A stretch of 64,000 nucleotides of DNA from Lama guanicoe (taxonomy: Eukaryota). Shown here one piece after another: positions 51,120 through 63,665 of the stretch; positions within the stretch are counted from its first letter, which is position 1; every line of letters begins with the position of its first letter. The notes under the pieces were generated by a model. It searched no databases and was not told the DNA's origin. It saw nothing but the letters and a program-made list of their open reading frames with translations. The stretch is taken from positions 1,339,168-1,403,167 of the forward strand of contig MU053482.1 in NCBI GenBank assembly GCA_013239625.1. The letters are read 5' to 3'. The position numbers and the translations under genes were made by a program.

Positions 51120-51594
51120 CTACCAGACACAGTGTGAGCAGGGCACCTCAGGTCCTGCCTGTTCCGGACAGGATTGCTCTCAGGGGCAGCGGCACCCTCC
51201 CCACCAAAGGCGTGTATGAAGCAAGGCTGTGCCTGAAAGAAACTAGGCAGAGGTAAAGGTACTACAACAGAAGACAGGCTGAGCCTGTGGTGGAGGGTGG
51301 GGAGGGGTCAGCTGCAGATCAGACAAGGCAGGATGTTTCAAACCCCCAGGCAGACGGCCCAGCAGTCCTAACGTCACCGGGCCTTTCCTGCCCATCTGCC
51401 TCCATCCCGGCTACAGCCAAGGTGCAAGCCCTGGGAGCTCCCTCCCTGAGGCGGAGTGGGTGAGGATGCTGCTTCTGATTTGGAATGAAGGCGACAGGAG
51501 ATGATCTGCTGAGAGCTGAGAGGGCTGGGGCTCGCCTCCCCCACTCCCCCTCCAGGTCTGGCTAGGGCAGGTGTAGGGGTGGGGTGAGTACATC

Positions 51595-54500
51595 TGTCAC
51601 CAGAGCTGCTCCAGATCTTTGCTGAAAACCCATCACCCCTCACCTTTAGCAGGAGTGTCCTTGCTCAAAACCTGCCAAATCCCACCTCGCCACCTTTAGC
51701 AGGAGTGAACATAAATCTTGAAGTTAAATGGTCCAGAGATAAGAAACAAAGCTACTCACACAAAAAAAGAAAAAGACAGATGCAACCAGCTGGACCAAGA
51801 TGGGACAAACCTGACCTCCAACAGATTCTGAGTCTTATTACATGTTCATTTTACTATATTAGCATAATAAGTGACAGGATCAGACATGAAGGACAAAAAA
51901 AGGATTAAAAAAAAAGGGGGTAGCACTTGACTCCCTGAAAAAGCCCTGCCCCCTCCCCAGGGGACTAATACATGCATTAGCTCCATCATTAGCCTCACTC
52001 CTCCTCCCTTTGTCTTTACTCTTTAAATCCCTCTCACCAGGTGGGTGAGAAGTTGATCTGTGAACTTAGTCCCTACTTCTCCATTCTTTGGTCACTGAAT
52101 AAAGCTTGTGCTTTACTGATCTCAGCCTCGATTTCAGTATTCGCCTACTGGAACCTGAACAGAAAAGGAACCCTCCTAGCCAAGACAGAGAGCCTCGGCC
52201 CGGTTGGGGCCTGAGCAGGGTCCATATGACTTAATTCAGTCACTAATTTTGGTGCCCAGTGTGGGGGCCCATTCTTTCCAGTAACTCAAAGTTTACTCAC
52301 TGACCCAGAGCCGACAAAGCTGGCTAAATAAACTGGGCAGTCTGCCCCCAGTTCTCAACCTATGGGCCAGTGAGGGCTACCAACTTACACTTGAGATGGA
52401 AAAGCAGCCAAGGATCCAGTGGAGTGCTCCCCAGTAAAGACAACGCCCACCCCCAAGCATACCTACAACAAGGACGCGTGTTACCATTTGAGGTAGTGTC
52501 CAGGGGATGTTTGACACGGGGGGTGCAAAAAACATAAACCCGGAGTTCACAAAAACACAAAAACAAAAAGTTTACCAAAAAAAAAAAGTTTACAAAATAT
52601 GTAAACCCAGAGTCAGTGGACGGGGCAGGCCATTCTTAAGAGCCATTTTATTTCCCAGAGTGCCCTAGACATTAGGAGAAATTCACAAAAGTTGACGATA
52701 GGACCCACCATGCCCACTTCCCGGCTGGTGGAATCAGTATTTTGGGTGTTCAACAACAGAGAGACAGAGGTGGATGCAAAGGAAGATAAAGAGTGGAATG
52801 AACTGCCAGTATTCTGGCTTTAGCGATTCAGGGTCAATCGACCCCGACCTCCCAGGGATGACCCCAACCCCCACCCTGCAAAGGGATGAACTGATTGCCT
52901 TGGGTTTCAAAGACCATGCCCACAGTGGAGAGAAGGTCTTAAAATCAATCACTGTGCGCACTGCATGGAGGAGGGTCATTGGAAGGGGAATGCCCCAAAT
53001 GTCTTAGAAGGAAACTAAGTGGACCACCATATCCTGGCCTATTCTCACTGGCTGCACACATAAAAGAAGAAAAAGAAGATTGTAGGGGCCCAGGGGCTCC
53101 TCAGAGAACCCTGGAAATCACCCCCAAGGAGCCATGGCTGACCCTGACCACAGTGGGTAAAAACGTTGACTTTTTCGTTGACACAGGGGTTTGAACACCT
53201 GACAAAGCAAATTAACCAAGATAAAGGTAAGACCGTGAGAGTGGAAGGGAAGTCACAGGAGTGCAATTTCATAGAGCCCCTTGAGTGTGATTTCAAAGGG
53301 AAAATGGTACCTCACTCTCATATGTTCCAGAATGCCCAATTCTTCTAACAGGAAGAGAATTACTACATAAATTGGGAGCTACAATTTATCTCAGAGACAA
53401 AAATATCATATCATATACCACATCAGAGTGAAGACAGCACCTACACCTGAGGAAGAAGTTACTGAGCCACTCACTCAATACCACCTGTGAACCTGTCACA
53501 GCTCTTAAGTTACTTTTCAAGAGGACAAACTTACCAATAAATAAGTAATGTGGTAGCCAGGCTTCGTAGTTGGCCTTGGTCTTGGTATTGCCTTACTCGG
53601 CTTCTACTATTTTGCCTGGCCCCCCTCTCTCAGGCAAACATCTCTTCTGTCTATAGGGGATATTAATATTGAAAGCAGGATGACTAGCTGTTGTTTATTC
53701 TTAACTCTGTCCTGTCTCCTATAATTGTCCACGCAGAATGGGAATGCAATGCAGTAGTAAATCTCTCAAGAATCATAGCCCTGTCCACCCCCCAAAAAGA
53801 ATTACAGCCCATGGACAAAATCTTTCCCAGTGCTGGATCTGTCACCTCTGCCCTCAAAGTGACATCTATGGATGAAAGATACTACATTTTATCCCTGAGA
53901 AGGACAACCTCACTCTTACCTTGGCTAACGGTTCTGCTAAACCTATCCCTTTTAAAGCTACCTTCCCATCCCTAGTGCAGCTTCCCTGCTTGGACCTCAC
54001 CCTGGCATTAACATTTCTAACAAATACAAAGCACTCACTCTAAACCAGTGCCATCACTCTAACCCATCTTGCTGCCACTGCCCCTATCAAATGCCCTTAC
54101 CAAAGGGAAGAACTTGCAATACCACCTTGGGGCTGCCCTGGACTGCAATCAGTGCTCCTTCTATTACTCCACAATTTCAGTGCTTCGGGATTGACTCCTA
54201 GGGATATCTCACCCATTGGTGCCCTCAGGAACGATTCAATGAGTACACACAAGGACTAAAGGGGAGACGTACACACTGAGGAGAGAGAACACTGGTCGTC
54301 TGGTGTTTAGTATATGGCCCTCCTAAGGCCAGGGAAATAGCCACTAGTCCAGAATCCCCCAGGGACCTCTGCTATGCAGATGCACCTCTCTCCCCACACT
54401 GCAAGGGCATCCCCTCTTGGGCCAGCCACCTACAGAGGTGGTTTACCTCCCCAGAAGTGCACCAGGCATGCACGCTCCCTGGGTACCTGTTCCTTTGTGG

Positions 54501-55993
54501 CCCAGAATAAACCAACTGCCCCATCATAACAACCCCAGCTCCTCCTTCCCTTCTCTGGGATGGGCTCTAGCCTATCCTTGTTTAGATAATGCCCGAGTTG
54601 GTTGACAATGCACGCTGCTAGGCCTGCTAAGTTCTGGGAACCTAGGTATACCATTCATAATGTCACCCAGCCCGAGATAAAAGCGCAAGAGGACTCATTC
54701 TGGCAGAAGTCGGGGTTGCTTTCAGACTAGAGACCTCACTTTACAAAAATCTCAGAAGGGCCCTTGAGGACTTGTCTAAAAATATGGGGGTTGCCTTACA
54801 AGGCCTCCGTACTTCTCCGGACCCACTAGCAAATGTTCCCGACAACAGGCTGGCCCTTGACTATCCCCTGGCTGAGCAAGGGGGGCAGAGTATGCACAGT
54901 TATTAATAAAACCTGCGGCACGTATGTCACTAACTGGTCAGATTGAGGCAAACATTAAAAAGATATGTGAGTAAGCTCAATGATTACAGACATAACACAA
55001 CAGTCCAAGCTCCATCTGGAATATGCCGAATATTCCCCTCCCCCCATTTCTCAGCTCACTAATTGCTATTATCCTCCTGCTTATCTTCGGGCCTTGCTTA
55101 ACTTTGTTAGTAAAGAGCTTGAAGCCATCAAACCTCAGATGTTACTAACACAAGGGTACAAGCAATTGGGACTGCAGCCTGGCAACAATCAGACTTATTT
55201 TAGGGTAATGAGGGAAGACTTCTGCTCCTCTAATCCAGGGAAAAACTTTCCTGTGTTCAGCAGGAAGCAGCTTCAGAGGTGAGACCTTCACTCTTTAGCG
55301 CCTCTCAAGGAGGAGCAGTAACAAGGAAAGGGGGGATTTTGTTGCCAGAGCTGCTTCACGTCTTTGCTCAAAACCCATCAAACCCCACCAGTAGCAGGAG
55401 CGTTCTTGCTCAAAATCTGCCAAACTCCACCCCCACCTTTAGCAGGACTGAACATAAATCTTTAAGTTAAAGGGTCTGGAAATAAGAAAGGAAGCTAAAA
55501 ACAAAAAAAGGATAAAACTAAACGGAACCAGCTGGCCCTCCAACAGACCTTCAGTCTCATGTATTAACTTTACTCCATTAACGTATTCAATGATATACCT
55601 ACCATCAGCCAGGACCAGACATTAAAAACCAAATAAGGATAAAGGGCTGGCACCTCACTCTCTTAAAAAAAAAACTGTCTGTCCCCAGTAGACAAATGCA
55701 CAGGCCTCCCCATCATTAGCCTCACTCCTCCCTTTGTCTTTACTCTGTAAAATAAAATCCCTCTCGCCAGGTGGGCGAGGTTGATCTGGGAACTTAGTTC
55801 CTGCTTCTCCATTCTTTGGCTAATGAATAAAGCTCATCCAGTATTGATCTCAGCTGGAGTTGGGTTACTAGCCTACTCCAACTAGAGAGAAAAAGGACCC
55901 TCCCCCGCCTCCCTCCCCAACCCACCCCCAACCCAGTCCGGGCAGAGAGCTGGCCTAGAGCTTCTGCAGGGTCCACAGGGCTTAATTCGTACA
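51595..55993 (+). mobile_element. Decayed, internally deleted endogenous retrovirus (LTR-gag-pro-env remnants-LTR) in CYB5R2 intron 1, antisense to the gene
   Basis: Homologous LTRs ~51595-52242 and ~55340-55993, each with AATAAA (52098, 55826); PBS 52250-52267; polypurine tract before 55340; frameshifted CCHC knuckle 52953-52993; protease FFVDTG ~53170-53190; env DNRLALDY..AEQGG/VCTVINKTC ~54840-54925. Confidence 0.9.
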
Positions 55994-55999
55994 CCACTG

Positions 56000-56720
56000 A
56001 CTCCGAGGTACTCCATTACCTTAGCGCCTCAGGACACACCAACACTCTCCGAGGCACACGAACAAGGCCTGAGCCCTCACCTACCAGAGGCTGGGCTGGC
56101 CTCCCCCATCCAACCCCCAACCCCTCCACCCCGCAGTCGTGCCCGGCCTGCTCCGCTCGGGCCGGCCAGCCCCAGCCGGATTTGGGAGAGGTGGGGTCCG
56201 CCCGCCCTCTTCTCACGCCGGGGCGCCAACCCCGCCCCGCACCACGCCTCCTCCGGCTCCGCCCCGGCGGCCCAGCGCCCGCCCCGCTCCCAGCCCCTCA
56301 CGGGCCCGCCGTCGTCGCCGGGCCCTGTCGCCGGGCCCTCTCCCCGGTCCCATCCCGGCCCTGGCGCCCGGGAAGCTTCCGCCCGGCTTCTGCCTGTCCC
56401 CGTGTCTCTGGACTCTTCCCGCCGGGTCGTCCCGCCGCCGCGAACTCACCCGGAACGAGACGCCGAACATGTCGTCGAAGTGGCGCTGGCTGCGAGGCCG
56501 GGCTGGGCCGACGCCGCGGACGCGCTAGGCCGGAATCCACGCCCAGCCCGGGCGCAGGCGCGTGGCGCGCGTGGCGGCACCTACCTCGAGGGCCGGGGTC
56601 TGGAGATTCTCGCGGGAGTTGGGCTCTGCTCCGGCCCTGCCCCCGGGGCCGCCGAATCCAGGGCCTTCCACGGCGGGACCCAGGCCCCACGGGGAGCTGC
56701 GGGCTTCCTCGCTCCTTGTT
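56000..56720. promoter_or_regulatory. CYB5R2: CpG island and CYB5R2 promoter with GC boxes
   Basis: Very GC- and CpG-rich; several CCGCCC boxes in 56195-56290; contains the first exon. Confidence 0.88.
56450..56470 (-). CDS. CYB5R2: CYB5R2 exon 1 coding part, MFGVSFR
   Basis: gacgacATGt (purine at -3), 21 nt, strong CGG|gtgagt donor, phase 0 matching exon 2. Confidence 0.75.
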
Positions 56721-57299
56721 TTGCATCCCTTGTTTATTACGTGGCTCTCTTTCCATCCTGGTCCTCCTGGCGCACACTCTGAGCAGCCGGAGAACTCCGC
56801 TTAAGTTGTGGCAAGGCTGGAAGAAGGGGATGCTGGTCAAAGACATGGGAATTCAGGCCAAGTCAAAGAGCACAGAAATATACGCAGTCGACACTAATGA
56901 GTTCCTACTGAGCCTGGTCCTCGGGTCAGGTGTTTGTGGAGATGGGGGTGTGATCCAGTTAAAGGAAACTTTCTTTCAAAACGCTCATTCGTTCTTTCGC
57001 TCTCTACTGGGAGAGAGAGATAACAGGTACCTAACACATGTCCAAAGAAGAGGCAGAATGAGAGGCATAAACGGTTATGGGGGTTCCTCACAGCACATTT
57101 CAGAACCTTAGTAACTCCCTTCCCCATCACTTCTCCCACCGCCAGTGGCAAAGGTGAATCCCTGCCTCCAGGCCTAAGTGAGACAGAGAAGCCAAGAATC
57201 GAACACCCACCCCCAGGAACACATCACCACAGGCACAGGCATAATGGACACCCCCCCAACCTCCCCAACACCTGCAGGTGCCAGGATGTTATTGCCAGA

Positions 57300-58040
57300 T
57301 ACCTTCATTTCTGGCACTCTATTAAGTGTAAAATGAAGGCTTGGGAAATAATTTCATTACTTAATTGCTAAGGAGGTTGAACACATTTCATGGGTTTATT
57401 TACCCTTGGAATTTCTTTGGAAAAAAAAATGCCAGCTTATGAATTTTGCCCATTTGTATACTGAGTTGGCTTTTTTCTTACAGATTTTTAGGATTCTTAT
57501 ATATATATTCTATAGCAATTCTTTGCTAATTATATCAGATACAAATGTTTTCTCCTGGTAAGCAATTTACTCTTCCCTTCCTTCTCTCTCTTTCTGTCTT
57601 AGGATGAACAGAAGTATGTAATTGTAATGTAGTCAAGTGCATCAATCTTCAATCTTTTGCTTTTATAGTTAGTGCTTTTTGTGACTTGTCTATTCCTACC
57701 CAAGTTCAAGATACTCTATGTTTTCTCTGACAAGGCGAAGTATTTTCCCATTTACTTTTATGTCTCTCAGCCACCTGGAATTGATTTCTATGTATGATGT
57801 GAAGCAGGGATCCGGTTTAATTTTTTCTATATAGATAATGCGTTGTCTTGGTGACATTTATTGAATTGCTCATACCTGGTCACTAACCCGCAATGCCACC
57901 CCAGTTGTGTATCAGTTTTCGTATATGTGTGAGTCTGGTTCTGGCCTCCCTGTTCCCTTACATTGATCTAGTTGCCCAGCCCCTCTGACAATACCATACT
58001 TCTCTAATTACAGTAGTTAATAACAACCATTTATATCTCC
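57300..58040 (-). mobile_element. Ancient L1 (L1M/L1ME-like) ORF2 fragment
   Basis: gttgaacacatttcat...tttgcccattt...cacctggaattgattt..gtatgatgtga...catttattgaa pattern; degenerate. Confidence 0.6.
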
Positions 58041-59102
58041 CTCTTATTTGGGTCTCAATTCAAATGTTACTTTCTTAGAGATGACTGTTCTGATCCCCCA
58101 ATTTAGCTGTTTCTTTGGTTTGAATTCATCTCAGCCCTGCAGTATTTAGCACACTGCCTGGCAAGAGCAGGTGCTCATAAATACTATTCATCATCGATGC
58201 TCCATAAATACTAAAGAAAGGAACTACCCTTTCCATCAGTACTCTCTGCACCTTCCTTGCTTCATTTGTCTCTGTAGGACAGATCACCAGATGCAGTACT
58301 TCATCGCTTACCTACTTGCTTGTCTTTCCCTTCCCACCAGAACATAAGCTCCACGAGGACAGGAATTGCTTTGTCTGTTTTAACTCCTGCTGGATCCCAG
58401 GACTGGAACAGTGCCTAGCACCTGGTAGATGCCTAGTAAATACTTACAAACTTCATGGTCTTCCTTTGATTCAATCAAAATATGTTTTGCTTTGGAATCT
58501 AAAGGTGCTTCACTGTTTTTCTATGGCTTTGTTAGTACTTTGCCTCCATCCTCCCTTCTCACGTTCCCTGCATGGTCCCTCTGTGTTGTTACAGGGGAAG
58601 ATGGCACATCATGCTTTGTTAATCTTGGAGCAGGACGAAGGCAGCCATTTCCCTGGGCTCCCCGTAATTTTGAGGGGGCAATGATTTCCTTCTCTCCCCA
58701 GCACTCCCACACACTTTATGTGTGTCCCTCATGTGCTCGAGTGCTGCCCAGATTTTGGCTCATCTCCTAATCTGAAGTAGACCATGAGCCTATGTCTTAC
58801 TCCCTTTATCCCCAGCTCAGTAATAGAGCCTGGCAAAGAACAGGCCCCCGGCAAGTGTTTGCTGAAAAAAGAAAGAACAGATGCTGCTTGTCACTGTTTG
58901 AGCACATATGACAGTATCGAACCTCTGTCACTGCTGAGACACCCTGGAGGAAACTGGTGCCCTGACCAGGGATGCTCATAATGTATGCTCCTTCAATTTC
59001 CAGGCTGTTGTGGGCCTTTCATTAGCTTTTAACTTTGATGATGATTTATTTTGATTTTCTCCTCTGACCAAAGCAGCACCTCTAGCCATTTGAAGCTTCA
59101 GT

Positions 59103-59595
59103 TATGGTAGGCTCAAATACAGCCCCCCAAACATAACCACATCCTAAATCCTAGAACCTGTGAATGCTGTCTTATATGGTAAAAGGGACTTTTTGGCTGT
59201 GATGAAATTAAAGATCTTGAGTTGGGGAGACTATCCTGGATTGTCTCGTGGGTCCCACATGATCAAATATTCTTTATAAGAAGGACACTGTGGCAGGGGA
59301 CAGAGAATAAGGTGATGTGATGACAGAAGCAGCAAATAGAGTGGCAAACTCTGAAGATGGAGGAAGGGACCAGAAACCAAGGAATGTAGGCACCTCTAGA
59401 AGCTGAAAAGGGCAAGGGAAAAGATTTTTTCCTTAGAGCCTTTGGAAGGAACCAGCCCTGCTGACACCTTGACTTTAGCCCGGTGAAATTGATTTTATAA
59501 TTCTGGCTCCCAGAACTGTAAGAGAATAAATGTGTGCTGTTTAGTGCCAGTAGATTTGTGGTAGTTTGTTACAGAAGCAATGGGAAACTAATACA
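59103..59595 (+). mobile_element. MaLR solo LTR (MLT1-like)
   Basis: ctagaagctg...ggcaagg...ggaaggaaccagccctgctgacaccttgactttagccc...cagaactgtaagagaataaatgtgtg...ggaaactaataca. Confidence 0.88.
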
Positions 59596-61944
59596 CTAAA
59601 TGAACTCTTGTTTTTGATTCTTAGGGCTTATTAATATTTGGATTTATTCCAAAAATATATTCCCTGTGATTTGGATCAGAGAAGGCAGGAGGTACCTTCC
59701 CCTCTGGTCCTGATGCTCCCATTGCTCTAATGATGGGTTTCTTTTCTAACATGAATAACCTCCTTCAGCACCTCCTGCCGCCTGGCCACATCTTGAGCTT
59801 GCTGTCTCTGCCTGGCCACTTGAGAGGTCCACCCACCCCACCCCTTCCTCCGCACCCTGGCTCCGGCCTGTCCTCTGTTCATTGTGCAAAAATGTCATCC
59901 TCAACAAAGGACCTCAGCAAACAAATCTAGTTGACTGGGGTGAATTTTAGGAGAGAACGCAGATGGAGCATCGAACTCACTCCAAGCAACCAACCATGAC
60001 CGAGGCAGACTATTACTTGAACTGAAGTTTCCTAGATTTTCCTCTTTAAGGATTTTAAACTGTAGTATCCTGATGCCACCTGATCAGAACTCCCCACTGA
60101 GCACTGCAGATGGACATAAAGCAAAGGTAACGCTTTGCTTTTTGGAATATCTCAAACTTGGCTTGTACGACAGGAATGTGGCAGGGAAACTTTGCATGTT
60201 CTTGGCAATCTGGGGCTGACTTAAGCCTGACGGGATAAGACTATGTAGACAAGATGCTCGAGACACTAGGAATGGCCAGAATTTGCCAGAAACATTGTGT
60301 TTGGGAGGACTCAAAAGAACAGCTTGCAGAGTCCTATTCCCGCCATCCCTCCCACACCCAGAGGAATCCTCCCTGAGCATCTCTGTCTGCAGAGCTATGC
60401 CAACAATGCGAACTAAGTTCCCCCACCAGTGTTTACAGCAGTTGCTTCAATTCTTCCCAAACAGCATCTGTTGTGCCAGGGGCTGGGTTAGAGCTCCAGA
60501 AGGTAGTATGTAATTGTGAGTTCACAGCTTGGGCTATGGAGACAACAGGGAGTAAATAGGACAGCCAGTGCAACTTCTGGGAGAGAGTCCCACCTGCACA
60601 GATGGGTGAGGCTGCCAACCTGGGACGGGAAGCCTCAGACCTGTGTTAAGAGAAAGGCTGGCCTCCAGGAAGGGGGAAGGGGAAGATGTCCAAAAGAAAG
60701 AAATGAAAGAAGGCATTCCTATCTCCTACTTGAACACAACCAGGACGTTGGCTGTTCACTAATTTGTCCCAGCCTCTACTTCCTTGTCCCTTACAGGGAC
60801 AAAAGCAGGAGATTTTCTGAAAAGAGTTTTGTTTGTAGGGGCAATTTCTATTTTTTAAAAAAAAGCAGGAATAAGTGAAGATATAACAAATTGGGCTAAG
60901 GCCTCCATTCAGAGTCATTATAAAACCTTCTTTATCATTGAACTGTAGGGTTTACAAAGCATTTCCCACAGTGGAACATGTCTCCTCTGAAATTACTGTG
61001 ATCCTTTACGACCACTTTAGTTTGGATAAAGAACCTCCGAAGGATTCCAAGCCTTGTCCAAGATCACATAGCCTGAAAAAAGCAAAGCTGGGACACAGGC
61101 CCATGTTTCTGAGTTCAGCCTGATGTCCTTCCCCTAGACCACGGCAACCTGTGGTACAGTCAACGCATAATGTCCGTGATGCCATGCAAACTTAAACTCA
61201 ATCCCTGACTTCCAATTTCAAGAAATGCTCCATTTGTCAGCTGCCAAAGCTAAGGCCCAGAGATGTCAAATGATGCTTTTGGAGAAAGGGCTGTGATTGG
61301 ATCATTTGTATTGAGATTTCAGCCTTTTGCAGCCTGCAGTTTGTTTAAGAGCAAGTGTAAGTTTCTTCCATGGTGGAAGAGATTTCAGAAAGTATAGAAA
61401 TGTAGAAAAGGCACCTCTTTTCTCTGTCTTTCCTCCTGTTACTGTGTATCACCTGCTGTGTTCCCATCAAAGTTCTCTTCCTCTCTTATCTGCTAAGGAA
61501 CATTGCCCCAGCAATTCTTCCATCTTTCTCTTTCATGATCAGTTCCTCTTCTCTACTTGATAATTCCTGGCAGTGTATATGTGTTCTGTAATTTTTCTCA
61601 TATTAAAAAGTCATAAAACCTTCTCTTGAGTTACATATCCATGTTTAGGTGCTTTTCCATTTCTGTGTTCCCAGTTACAACAAAATTTCTTGGACGAGTT
61701 GCCTAGACTTGCCATTTTGAATTCTTCCCATCAAATTCCCTCAAGTCTACTTCAAAAACAGCTTCACCCTCAGCACTCTTTTAAATCTACCCTTGTTGAG
61801 ATTTCAATACCTTCACATTGCTAAATGTAATAGTCAGTTCTCAGTCAATTCCACCATCTGTAAATGTTGTAGTGCCCCACTACTCAAATCTCAGCTTCAC
61901 TAGTAATCTCGTCCTATGTCACAAATTTAAATGTCAACAGTATG

Positions 61945-62159
61945 CTGATGCAGTACGGAGATTCCTTAAAAAACTGAAAATAGAGTTACCATATGATCCA
62001 GCAATCTCACTCCTGGGCATATATCCAGAGAAAACTCTAATTCATAAAGATACATGCACCCCAATTTTCATAGCCGCACTATTTACAATAGCCAAAACAT
62101 GGAAGTAACCTAAGTGTCCACTGACAGATGAATGGATAAAGAAGATGTGGTATATATGT

Positions 62160-62214
<55 letters not shown>

Positions 62215-62700
62215 TATGAAAACTACTCAGCCATAAAAAAGAATGAAATAATGCCAATTGCAGCAACATGGATGGACATAGACATCATACCAAATGAAGT
62301 AAGTCAGACAGAGAAAGACAAATATCATATGATATCACTTCTATGTGGAATCTTAAAAAAAATGATACAAATGAACTTATTTACAAAACAGAAGTAGACT
62401 CACAGACAGAAAACAAACCTATGGTTACCAGAGGGGAAGGGAAGAGGGAGGGGTAAATTAGAAGGTTGGGATCAGCAGATACAAACTACTATATATAAAA
62501 TAGATAAACAACAAGATCATAATGTATAGCACAGGGAACTACATTCAGTATCCTTTAATTACCTATAATGAAAAAGAACATTTTATACATATATATATAT
62601 GTATTTTATATATATATATATATAACTGAATCATTATACTGCACACCAGAAACTGACACAACATTGTAAATCAACTATACTTCAATTTAAATAAATACAT
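61945..62700 (+). mobile_element. LINE1 3' end (ORF2 C-terminus and 3' UTR) with embedded (TG)n and (TA)n
   Basis: Translates [49 protein letters not shown]; ends tgtaaatcaactatacttcaat plus an A-rich tail. Confidence 0.95.
62164..62216. repeat. (TG)n microsatellite
   Basis: Direct TG dinucleotide run. Confidence 0.95.
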
Positions 62701-62759
62701 AAACTCATATATAAATAGTTCAAAATCTTCCTGTGCCACATTAGTTACTGTCTACTGTT

Positions 62760-63665
62760 CTAAATTTTTCATTTCAGGACATGGCAACATCATACTTCCA
62801 GTTGTTCATGCCAAAACCACTGGGGTCATTTTTCACACCTCAGATCCAGTCTATTTGGAAATCCTGTTGGCTGTTACTTGAATGTATATCCAGACCGTAC
62901 TTCTTACCAAGTCCACTGCTACCATTCAGGTGGCGGTTTCTTGCCCTGGTTACTGCAGCAGTCTCCCAGCTGATCTCCCTGCTTTCTCCCCAGCCCTCTC
63001 CCAGCATTGTAGTTTCAACATAGTAGCAAGAGTGACCTTGTTAAAATGGGTTTAGGTCCTGTGACGTCATTTGATGTCCTCTTATTCCACTTGGAGTAAA
63101 ACCAGTGTCTTAACAATAGCCCTTAAGGTCCTGTACAAGCTGCCCTCCCCACCTAACTTCTCTGATCTCGCCCAGCATTCTGACCTTCCAGCTGGTTTGT
63201 GGACTTCTCAGGCATGCTCCCACATCACGTCTTTAGCACTCGCCATTCTCTGTGCCTAGAACGTGCTAATCCCCAGTTATCTGCCTGGCCTTCACCCCCA
63301 CCACCCTCAGGTCTTTTCTCAGATGTCTCCTTATCAGTTCCTCCCTGACCACAGATTTTTTTTTTAATTGAAGTATAGTCAGTTATATCGTGTCAATTTC
63401 TGGTGTAAAGCATAATGTCCCAGCCACTGATCACAGATTTTTAAAATCGCAAATACCCTTCTGGGATAGCATTTACTATCCCTCATCCCTGACTTATATT
63501 GCTCAGTATCACTTACTACCAATTGCTATATTTTTACTTTGTTTATTATCTGCCTTCCTAACCCCCGTAGATTTTTGTCCATTTTGCTCACTGAATTATC
63601 CCTTGTGCCTAATTACCTGATGCAGACAGAGCTACTTACAAATGCTTGTTGAATAAATGAAGAAA
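62760..63665 (+). mobile_element. LINE2 3' fragments (approximate bounds)
   Basis: atccagtct...aaatcctgttggct...aatgtatatccaga...; ends aaatgcttgttgaataaatgaa, the typical L2 tail. Confidence 0.7.

Noticed and set aside
53691..55282. Possible co-opted syncytin-like env gene
   Set aside because: Env is fragmented by stops and frameshifts, including within the immunosuppressive and CX6CC region; no long ORF
56182..57111. 309-aa + strand ORF over the CpG island
   Set aside because: Pro/Arg/Gly-rich low-complexity product with a non-ATG start; long ORFs are expected in GC-rich DNA; no recognisable domain
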